Source of the DNA: a virus
Taxonomy: Duplodnaviria > Caudoviricetes
IMG/VR virus record: IMGVR_UViG_3300047504_000025
Span: 1 to 36,779 of that record
Length of the DNA stretch: 36,779 nt
Reading direction: 5' to 3' (one strand)
A program made the position numbers and the translations under genes. Shown here in pieces: positions 18,744 through 25,586 of this stretch (positions within the stretch are counted from its first letter, which is position 1; each line of letters starts with the position of its first letter). Below the pieces are notes generated by a model, which was given only the letters and a program-made list of their open reading frames with translations, did not search any database and had not been told where the DNA came from.

Positions 18744-19198
18744 CAGCCGATTCCCAACACGGTTTTAATATCTGCCGCGGTTACTCTACCGTCTTTGTCT
18801 GAATCAAGATAATCTTTAACCATTTCGAGGGTTTCAATTTTCTTGGACCTATAGTAATGTTGGTATGCCCACAGCCCCACGGCGATTATACCCAAAACAG
18901 GAACTATCCACTTCAACAACGGCAACCACGAAACCATCAATGCCGTGCTGGCGGCCAAAACTGCCACACCGCCGACCAAGGTTATGCCGGCAGCGATTAT
19001 TGCCGCGGCCTTGGAGTTCCCGCTGAAAAAGGCATACACGCCCGCGGCACAAGTCAGAAGACCAATAGTTACAAGCCAATTCGTGGCAGTAACCGTTTTA
19101 ACTAAAATCTGAACCGAAGACGGTTCCGGGGGACCAACAACAGTGGGAGCCGTCGCGCACCCGGCAACTATCAACAACGACAATACTAACCACCGCAT
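18743..19198 (-). CDS. Membrane lipoprotein with three hydrophobic segments and a C-terminal EF-hand-like loop (possible lysis protein)
   Basis: Lipobox IVAGC (Cys14), three TM stretches, DSDKDGRVTAAD. Confidence 0.6.
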   Translation of the reverse strand: MRWLVLSLLIVAGCATAPTVVGPPEPSSVQILVKTVTATNWLVTIGLLTCAAGVYAFFSGNSKAAAIIAAGITLVGGVAVLAASTALMVSWLPLLKWIVPVLGIIAVGLWAYQHYYRSKKIETLEMVKDYLDSDKDGRVTAADIKTVLGIG

Positions 19199-19521
19199 TA
19201 CTCACTCACCTTCCGCAACCAAGCCAGGGGGCTGGTGCCAACCAGTTTATACCAAATAGATGTTCCACCGGCGGGAACGTATATATTACACGACGGACCG
19301 CCGGCCTGCGCCACGTATAGGATGTTCGCCGCGGTCGCTGTGGTCAAATTGCCTGCGATACAATAGCCAACGGTACACGTCAGAACGTATACGCCAGGCG
19401 TTACCGTAATCTCGGTATCAGATGTAGCTGCCAGACTCTGGCCGGACGAGGCCACGGGGCAAGCGGATTCGGGGGTCGGGGCGATATTACTGCCATCTGT
19501 AGATGTTTGCATTTCACTCAT
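19198..19521 (-). CDS. Beta-rich hypothetical protein
   Basis: ATGA/TAATG coupling on both sides, GAGGA RBS. Confidence 0.6.
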   Translation of the reverse strand: MSEMQTSTDGSNIAPTPESACPVASSGQSLAATSDTEITVTPGVYVLTCTVGYCIAGNLTTATAANILYVAQAGGPSCNIYVPAGGTSIWYKLVGTSPLAWLRKVSE

Positions 19522-19772
19522 ACTCTTATCATCCTCTCAATTGAACCATACGGTATTACCGTGTAATCGCCGTGTTGGCTTTTCTGGTCTATACTACTCT
19601 TAACTACAACCCATTTTACTTTTCCGCGAACTCGTTTACAGCCGTGGTAATACCCCACGGTCTTGCATACGGGGGGTTCCACGACGTCTAACTCCGCTTG
19701 ACTATGCCAACCGGGGTCGGACTCGGTGTCCCGCCACGTGACTTCAACCAACGTATCGCGTTTTACTTTCAA
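19518..19772 (-). CDS. Conserved small phage protein
   Basis: LVEVTWRD.....GW...CKTVGY...TVIP.G.I; TTG start overlapping the GroES stop (TTGA). Confidence 0.65.
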   Translation of the reverse strand: MKVKRDTLVEVTWRDTESDPGWHSQAELDVVEPPVCKTVGYYHGCKRVRGKVKWVVVKSSIDQKSQHGDYTVIPYGSIERMIRV

Positions 19773-20116
19773 TTCAACCGGCTCACAATCTGTTTCGCCG
19801 GGGGCATCAATAGTACGGTCTTGTGGTCGGTCCCGTCTTCGATACAAACCGCTATCACGCTCTGATGATTAACAATCAGAAAATTATCTACGGGCAGACA
19901 GCCATACTTAATTCCAAAAATTACCTTATCGCCGACCTTAACGGACATCGGCAATTCCGGGGTGCCGGGGCCAACAGCGACCACCCTGCCGTAGCCAATC
20001 TCTTTTTCGGACCCCTTGGGTATCAGAATCCCGCCGGAAGTCGTGCGGTCGGGTTCCCATTTTTCGAGTAAAACCTTATCTCCGTTTGGAATATACCTCA
20101 CTGTAACCCCTTTCAT
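19769..20116 (-). CDS. groES: Co-chaperonin GroES (Cpn10)
   Basis: PNGDKVLL...TSGGILIP...GRVVAVGPG...VKVGDKVIF..YG...VIAV. Confidence 0.9.
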   Translation of the reverse strand: MKGVTVRYIPNGDKVLLEKWEPDRTTSGGILIPKGSEKEIGYGRVVAVGPGTPELPMSVKVGDKVIFGIKYGCLPVDNFLIVNHQSVIAVCIEDGTDHKTVLLMPPAKQIVSRLN

Positions 20117-20225
20117 ATTAAATACTTACAGTTCCATCCACGTTCTATGGTCTGCGTTACTGTCAACTGCTACCTGGGCCATCAAGGCCATATTATTGCG
20201 AGGGGGCGACCTCTACAGACAACTA

Positions 20226-20272
20226 TGCCCTCTACCCTAATCCCCAAACGCTTACCCAGACGACTGGTTTCT
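20226..20272 (-). promoter_or_regulatory. Candidate phage-specific late promoter/operator, copy 1
   Basis: AAACC-N12-AAGCGTTTGGGGATTAGGGTAGA; 21/23 identical core to 26393-26415. Confidence 0.6.
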
Positions 20273-20530
20273 AAAATAAAAATATATAATTTTTCTGACG
20301 GGGAGTCGGGGGGACCCATTCACTGGCGTGGGTCAGCCGCCAAGAGGTCCCCACGCTTCGTAGGATGCCCCCCAGGATTCAAAATCGTGGGTGGGGGCGG
20401 GTCCAAGAAGGGTTGGTTGGGACTCCCCGGCCCCAGAGCGAAGGGTGCCACCCCCGGCCCCACGGCAACAAGGGGCAGGGCAGGGGGCATAGAACACTAA
20501 ATAAATAATCGAATAATTAAAAGATTTTAC

Positions 20531-20559
20531 TTGCATACTGGGCGGGCGTGTGTTATACT
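20531..20559 (+). promoter_or_regulatory. sigma70-type promoter
   Basis: TTGCAT-N17-TATACT with extended -10 TG and AT-rich UP region. Confidence 0.7.
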
Positions 20560-20741
20560 ATTGGTAGAACGAAACGATTGATAAGTGAATAGGCATTTGC
20601 GGCTAAACAGCGAGCTACGCAAGAACAAACAAGCGTAGGGAAAGCCGAAAAGCACATAGGGCGGTTAACAGTAGGTGTGTAAATTACGTTAGGCCGCCCG
20701 CAATCATAAACTAAACAACGAATAATTAAGGGGGATAACCG

Positions 20742-20849
20742 ATGAAACACAAAATCACAGTAAAACAGCAGCCAAAACCAATACCACATCCGGAGACCGT
20801 CGCCTTGTGGGCGATAATCCGGCAGTATATGAAACGGACAGGGCGATAA
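20742..20849 (+). CDS. 35-aa early peptide
   Basis: AAGGGGG RBS; MKHKITVKQQPKPIPHPETVALWAIIRQYMKRTGR. Confidence 0.45.
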   Translation: MKHKITVKQQPKPIPHPETVALWAIIRQYMKRTGR

Positions 20850-20870
20850 TCGCCGGAAAGTGGGGGATTT

Positions 20871-21098
20871 ATGGGAAACATATTCGTAGAGATTAAACAG
20901 GTTTACAAAGATAACGAACGGGAGTTTCAACGGGTATTCCATACCCAACTGAGTAAATACTGGAATCCGGTGTTCGGATTTGACATTATTAAGTTTGACG
21001 AACGCCATATAAAATCAGGTGACGGCTGCATGGCTGATAAAATTATCGCCGATTACGGCCAAGCTGGAAACGATATAATCGACCGGCTTCTCAAATAG
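20871..21098 (+). CDS. Early hypothetical protein
   Basis: GGGGGA RBS, followed by terminator. Confidence 0.65.
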   Translation: MGNIFVEIKQVYKDNEREFQRVFHTQLSKYWNPVFGFDIIKFDERHIKSGDGCMADKIIADYGQAGNDIIDRLLK

Positions 21099-21110
21099 CT
21101 CTTCCTTCTA

Positions 21111-21135
21111 CCCGGCGCAACGCCGGGGTTTTTCT
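21111..21135 (+). terminator. Intrinsic terminator
   Basis: CCCGGCG-CAA-CGCCGGG then GTTTTTCT. Confidence 0.75.
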
Positions 21136-21259
21136 CTCACTCTGGGCCGGGGCCGACATGTCCCGGCCCCCTCCATTTATACCCACCGGGGTATTGAATT
21201 GAATCCTGGGGCATTTACGGCGTAATTAAAAGTGGCGTTTTTGATTTAATATGGCCTAA

Positions 21260-21301
21260 ATGTAAAGTAAACCTTACATTATGTAAAGTAAACCTTACAT
21301 T
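21260..21301. repeat. Perfect 21-bp tandem duplication of a palindromic site
   Basis: ATGTAAAGTAAACCTTACATT x2; each has ATGTAA-N8-TTACAT. Confidence 0.9.
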
Positions 21302-21389
21302 GCCGGGCTTGGGAGCGTCCTCCACCCCGCCCCACCCCCCGGCCTCATAACCTATATTGGCATACTGCGTTTTTGAATTGATATTGAGG

Positions 21390-21760
21390 GCGGCGTATAG
21401 GTGAGTATAGAAGGGTAAAAAAGGGGTATAGGTATGTGTAGGGTGAGTACAGAACGTAAACTGTTGTGTTATAACGAGTTGGAATAGTGAGTATGGCAAT
21501 GTACGACATTTTGGCTTATACGCTTACCCCATAGAATATGACTATCACTATTTTTTACATTATTTTTTTGTACAATGTATAAACTATGATATACATTATT
21601 ATTGCATTCTCTAAGTTATCTATATAATACTATACAATACTATACTATCTATACCAAAAACCGTATTCCTGAATTATTAGACGGGAATTTATGGCAAGGC
21701 GAGTATAGCGTTTACCTATACCGCTGCCATACCCCGGTCCCGTCCCTGCTATACTCAATT
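21390..21760. other. Candidate replication origin
   Basis: Nine GTATAG/CTATAC hexamers in and around a very AT-rich core (about 21530-21670), no credible ORF. Confidence 0.5.
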
Positions 21761-21766
21761 TAATCC

Positions 21767-21795
21767 TTGACAGCATCGCTTGAGTATGGTATAAT
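21767..21795 (+). promoter_or_regulatory. Perfect-consensus sigma70 promoter
   Basis: TTGACA-N17-TATAAT with extended -10 TG. Confidence 0.9.
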
Positions 21796-21836
21796 ACAGG
21801 AAATTAAATTGAATGATTTATGTTAGGAGATTATTT

Positions 21837-22085
21837 ATGTTAGGTGAAAAAATCGAACCCGCAAAATCAAATGATAAATTTATTCAAGAATTTATCGACG
21901 GCCTTGAAAAGCCACGGGAATATGCTGTCGTTGATTTGTTTCAGCTATGGCTCGCCTACGCGCCGGACTATCCCCTGGGCCGCACAGCAGGGAGTTTTGC
22001 CCGGATGCTCTATGGCCATACGAATTTACGGTCCTCCCGTCGAAGGATGGACGGAAAACAGAGAAAGGCCGTATGGATAAGATAA
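21837..22085 (+). CDS. Stand-alone winged-helix protein (D5/P4-alpha C-terminal-like)
   Basis: AGGAG RBS; IQEFI...DLFQLW...SFARML...RRRMDGKQ..VW. Confidence 0.55.
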   Translation: MLGEKIEPAKSNDKFIQEFIDGLEKPREYAVVDLFQLWLAYAPDYPLGRTAGSFARMLYGHTNLRSSRRRMDGKQRKAVWIR

Positions 22086-22459
22086 GAGATTTTTTAGAGC
22101 GATACCGGCTAAATCAAGAATGGGCAATGGCCGACCTGTATAATTGGTATAACACTGACTACCCCGGCCTGTCCCGCCGTAAATTCAGCCGCTTGGTTGT
22201 CGCGGTAAGCGGCTGTAAGTTGCGATACCCGCGAATTGACGGCAGGCAAACGGCGCATATCTATTTAGGCGATACAATAGACGACCCGGCCCCCGTGCCG
22301 GCGACCCCGCCAGATACCCGCTATTGTCCCCGGTGCCGAATAGTTAAACCTCTGGCTGATTTTTTTAAGAAGCCGGGATACTGCAAACCCTGCAACGCAC
22401 AGTATCGCCGGTCGTATTACCGGGCATATATCAGCCCCCGAACGCGACGTAAAAAATAA
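22073..22459 (+). CDS. Winged-helix protein with C-terminal zinc finger
   Basis: IRDFL...DLYNWY...SRRKFSRLV...RIDGRQ..IYLG, Pro linker, CPRC...CKPC. Confidence 0.55.
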   Translation: MDKIRDFLERYRLNQEWAMADLYNWYNTDYPGLSRRKFSRLVVAVSGCKLRYPRIDGRQTAHIYLGDTIDDPAPVPATPPDTRYCPRCRIVKPLADFFKKPGYCKPCNAQYRRSYYRAYISPRTRRKK

Positions 22460-22482
22460 TTATTATTTTGGCCGGATTTTAC

Positions 22483-22510
22483 TTGCATTGTTCGGCGGAT
22501 AGTGTATAGT
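22483..22510 (+). promoter_or_regulatory. sigma70-type promoter
   Basis: TTGCAT-N16-TATAGT; shares GATTTTACTTGCAT with the 20531 promoter. Confidence 0.65.
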
Positions 22511-22545
22511 TTGAGTAGTGGAATAAAAAGTTTATAGGAGGATTT

Positions 22546-22674
22546 ATGAGATTAGCAAGAGCAATAGCAGTAGGGCTTGCGGCCCTGATAGTTTGCCTGT
22601 GGTTGCCAGGTTGCAACACAATACACGGGTTTGGCCGGGATTTACAAAACTGGAGCGAGACGCGGGATAAGTAA
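22546..22674 (+). CDS. Entericidin A/B-like lipoprotein (42 aa)
   Basis: Not in the track. AGGAGG RBS; MRLARAIAVGLAALIVCLWLPGCNTIHGFGRDLQNWSETRDK. Confidence 0.75.
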   Translation: MRLARAIAVGLAALIVCLWLPGCNTIHGFGRDLQNWSETRDK

Positions 22675-22791
22675 AATTAAAAATACGGGCATGGCCACAC
22701 GGGACGCTACAGCGTGCCCCGGCTCGATGCCCTGGCGGGACTTGATGCGCGATAAGCCCCGCCCGCCATAATAAATTTTAAGGAGATTGAT

Positions 22792-23076
22792 ATGATGAAA
22801 GACGGGTACGGTAATTTAGTTGACGAAACGCGGTTAGTACTGTTGCCGGATATAAACTTACTGAACGACGCCGGAATAAAAACCGTAGCAAACGCTAATT
22901 GGTATCAGGTAACATTAAAAGACGGCACAGAGGTTAGTCCTTGCGCCGTTGCCGATGTTATTGATTGTTTATCTGAAAATTCAGCCGACCCGGAAAACGC
23001 GGGGTTTGCTGAGGTACTATTGATAAACGACGTTTTGAAACGCTGGTCGGTTGAAGACGGATTTTATAGTGCCTAA
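22792..23076 (+). CDS. Acidic early hypothetical protein
   Basis: AAGGAG RBS. Confidence 0.7.
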   Translation: MMKDGYGNLVDETRLVLLPDINLLNDAGIKTVANANWYQVTLKDGTEVSPCAVADVIDCLSENSADPENAGFAEVLLINDVLKRWSVEDGFYSA

Positions 23077-23151
23077 AATAGGTTTTTCTCCCGTGGGGCC
23101 GGATAACACTATACAGCCCGGTCCCGCCTCCTTTATGAAGGGGAATTGATT

Positions 23152-23241
23152 ATGAATGAGTTACCGTTCGGGATATGGATTATCCTGATTATATTTGTGG
23201 GCCTGATTTTAATGGCGATTGTTGGAAAACGGAAATTTTAA
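23152..23241 (+). CDS. 29-aa single-TM peptide
   Basis: AAGGGGA RBS; MNELPFGIWIILIIFVGLILMAIVGKRKF. Confidence 0.55.
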   Translation: MNELPFGIWIILIIFVGLILMAIVGKRKF

Positions 23242-23252
23242 GGGAGAAAATT

Positions 23253-23483
23253 ATGAACACAATAGAGATAAGATTGACTAATGATATGGGCCGTAATGAG
23301 GACATATTTACCGGGACGTTTGATGAGGCGTTAGAACAGATTGCCGAGTATCCTGATTATTCCGCGCCAGCAACCGCCGAAGAAGCGGCGGAAACCCTTG
23401 TTGACATAGATACAGATAGCCGGGAAATGTCTGACCTTGTGGCCTGCGATTACCGGGTGTGGATAAATGGGAAATTAAAATGA
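23253..23483 (+). CDS. Highly acidic early hypothetical protein
   Basis: GGGAG RBS before MNTIEIRL. Confidence 0.65.
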   Translation: MNTIEIRLTNDMGRNEDIFTGTFDEALEQIAEYPDYSAPATAEEAAETLVDIDTDSREMSDLVACDYRVWINGKLK

Positions 23484-23767
23484 GAATGAGATTTACACAG
23501 GCGGAGTTAGACCGTATGAAAATGCTCGACCGGGCAGCAGAGCAGCGTCGAGAGTGTGCTGATAAACAACGCCGGGGTCTGATACCGTCCCCCGGCAGTA
23601 AATTATGGAACGTAGAGTTTAAGGACGGAACAAAAATACAAGCATACGCCCCCACAGCCACAGCCGCTAAGGAATTGGCTGAGAAGGGGCGTTGGCGTAT
23701 GAACCGGGCGGGCGTAACCGCCCTGGACGAACGGGTTAAAAGCGTTAAGGAGGTAATAAATGAATAA
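23480..23767 (+). CDS. Early hypothetical protein
   Basis: ATGA overlap with upstream gene. Confidence 0.6.
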   Translation: MRMRFTQAELDRMKMLDRAAEQRRECADKQRRGLIPSPGSKLWNVEFKDGTKIQAYAPTATAAKELAEKGRWRMNRAGVTALDERVKSVKEVINE

Positions 23768-23996
23768 ACTAAAATTGAAAAGGGCGTTAAGAGCAGCTAC
23801 CAGTTGTTGTATACAACATACCGGCTGGCCCTGCGGGACTTGTTTTTTCGCGCTATCCAAACGCCTGACTAACAAGGACTGGCAAGCATTATTGTTGTAT
23901 CGCGGCGACTATAAGAGAGAAGATTTGGACAATTTGCCGCGCGATATTGAAAAATCGCTGCAAAAAATCCTTAATACCGCGGAGCGAAAACAATGA
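23760..23996 (+). CDS. Cys-rich hypothetical protein
   Basis: AAGGAGGT RBS; CCIQHTGWPCGTC. Confidence 0.7.
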   Translation: MNKLKLKRALRAATSCCIQHTGWPCGTCFFALSKRLTNKDWQALLLYRGDYKREDLDNLPRDIEKSLQKILNTAERKQ

Positions 23997-24250
23997 GAAA
24001 ATTCTACGGCGAATTTAACAGGAACGGCTACACGATTTACGAGCAAGGCGTCCACGACTCCGACCCCGAATATCAGGCCGGGAATTGTCGCTTTGATTCT
24101 GCCCAGACGTTGCCCGTGGGGGCTGAGGGAACGCTGGACGCTTGTGAATTGGAGGAGCTTTGTGAGTCAACTGGGATTGAGATAGCAAACGAAAACAGTG
24201 GCGAATGGCTTGGCTGTTCGCGTATTGACGATTATGATATTGAGTATTAG
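23993..24250 (+). CDS. Acidic hypothetical protein
   Basis: ATGA overlap. Confidence 0.65.
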   Translation: MRKFYGEFNRNGYTIYEQGVHDSDPEYQAGNCRFDSAQTLPVGAEGTLDACELEELCESTGIEIANENSGEWLGCSRIDDYDIEY

Positions 24251-24260
24251 GGGGTAAATT

Positions 24261-24545
24261 ATGGAGCGCGAAAAAGTAGTTTTCAGAGTTTGGCCGGATG
24301 GTGACGTGATAGCCCTATTCCCACGAATAGCGGCCAACGTAGATGGTTATGAGTGCCAGTCCTATGAACACGTTGGCCAGCACGGCGGGGCCGACCCGAT
24401 GGCCATTGTGCAGGCGACCCGCTTGGCAAAACCTGCCGAATACCGGGAATTGGCCCGCGAGTTGCGGGGCCTGGGGTATAAACTGCGGATTGCTAAGCGG
24501 TGTACATACGCTGATTTGCTGATTAGGAAGGCCCAGTATGCCTAA
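24261..24545 (+). CDS. Conserved phage early hypothetical protein
   Basis: VVFRVW.DGDVIALFP...SYEHVGQHG.A...EY..L..EL...GY.L. Confidence 0.7.
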   Translation: MEREKVVFRVWPDGDVIALFPRIAANVDGYECQSYEHVGQHGGADPMAIVQATRLAKPAEYRELARELRGLGYKLRIAKRCTYADLLIRKAQYA

Positions 24546-24735
24546 GAAAAAAGCAGTTTGGTGGACTTGTCATTGCGGGGCGTTCAGAAGTTTTGATGTA
24601 TTAGCTCCGAGTGAAAAAGGAGCAAGGATAATGTTTGGGCGATTAGCTAAACAAAGCGGAGGAGTGGGTATCCCTCATGGTTTTACCCCAAAAGACATAA
24701 CCAGTATAGAATTAGCGCGGAGGCAAGATGCCTAA
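24538..24735 (+). CDS. Hypothetical protein
   Basis: 8-nt overlaps on both sides. Confidence 0.55.
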   Translation: MPKKKAVWWTCHCGAFRSFDVLAPSEKGARIMFGRLAKQSGGVGIPHGFTPKDITSIELARRQDA

Positions 24736-25033
24736 GTGTATCGTCTGTCACAAACCAATTACGAAAAAACAAGGCCGAAGCTACACACTGACCCCGACCC
24801 GATGCACACCCTATGGCCACAGCGCGCGGCAGATTAGTTGGCATACCGATTGTGAAAGTAAGCCGTACGCCTGCCACACTATCCACGGGATATGCGTCAA
24901 AGCAGACGAGGCGACCGGAAAACAAATACGTCGAGAATCTATTTACTGGAAGAAATTCTATGAAGACAATCCACAATATAACATTATGCCTGATACTGTT
25001 ATCATCGACCCCGGTCCTGGCCCGCACGTTTGA
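24728..25033 (+). CDS. Cys/His-rich hypothetical protein
   Basis: GGAGG RBS; CIVC...HTDC. Confidence 0.55.
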   Translation: MPKCIVCHKPITKKQGRSYTLTPTRCTPYGHSARQISWHTDCESKPYACHTIHGICVKADEATGKQIRRESIYWKKFYEDNPQYNIMPDTVIIDPGPGPHV

Positions 25034-25331
25034 GGCGAACGTGTCGGCCTATTGCTTATGCGAAAAGTGTTGCGGTCGATGGGCAAAGGTTTACCCGCGC
25101 CGAACGGCGTCCGGGCACGTGATTAAGCCGGGCGATAAATTTGTCGCGGCCCCCCGCAATATCCCGTTCGGGACGCTGATTGCGATACTGGGGTATAACA
25201 ACGGCAAGCCCGTCCCCGTGTTAGACCGAGGGGAAGCGATTAAGGATAATAAACTCGACCTGTTTTTTCCGACGCATAAGGCCGCGTTGGAGTGGGGCCG
25301 GCGAAAAATTATTGTAAAAATTGTGGAATAA
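24960..25331 (+). CDS. 3D-domain (MltA-like) peptidoglycan-active protein with signal peptide
   Basis: VSAYC.C.KCCG...TASG...IPFGT...VLDRG.AIK.NKLDLFF..H..A.EWGRR. Confidence 0.85.
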   Translation: MKTIHNITLCLILLSSTPVLARTFEANVSAYCLCEKCCGRWAKVYPRRTASGHVIKPGDKFVAAPRNIPFGTLIAILGYNNGKPVPVLDRGEAIKDNKLDLFFPTHKAALEWGRRKIIVKIVE

Positions 25332-25334
25332 TGC

Positions 25335-25363
25335 TTGACAAACCGATTGGGATGTGGTAGTGT
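25335..25363 (+). promoter_or_regulatory. sigma70-type promoter
   Basis: TTGACA-N17-TAGTGT with extended -10 TG. Confidence 0.65.
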
Positions 25364-25370
25364 TTTGATT

Positions 25371-25562
25371 ATGCGAACACAGACGAAACCAGAAGATAAA
25401 CAAAAACGAACCCCCGCCCCAACCGTATTGAAGTGGCGGGATGTTGAAGCCGTATGGCATACGTTGGACGACCAGGCGAAACTCGATATTTATAATGAGG
25501 AGTTTGGATTGAACCGAACGTTGGCCGACGTGAATTTTAACGAGAGATTTGATGAGGAATGA
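25371..25562 (+). CDS. Hypothetical protein, possibly leaderless
   Basis: ATG lies about 7 nt after the -10 box, no RBS. Confidence 0.5.
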   Translation: MRTQTKPEDKQKRTPAPTVLKWRDVEAVWHTLDDQAKLDIYNEEFGLNRTLADVNFNERFDEE

Positions 25563-25586
25563 TATTTAGAAAGGCAGGGTAATCCA

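Noticed and set aside
196-20071. Plus-strand ORFs opposite the structural operon
   Set aside because: Shadow frames of well-supported minus-strand genes
20117-20280. CIRCE element before groES
   Set aside because: TTAGCACTC-N9-GAGTGCTAA not present
20147-21499. Track ORFs 20147-20500, 20333-20536, 20553-21008, 21215-21499
   Set aside because: No RBS, low-complexity translations, overlap promoters and repeats
20200-23150. tRNA or hammerhead ribozyme in intergenic hairpins
   Set aside because: No T-loop/cloverleaf and no CTGATGA core found by eye
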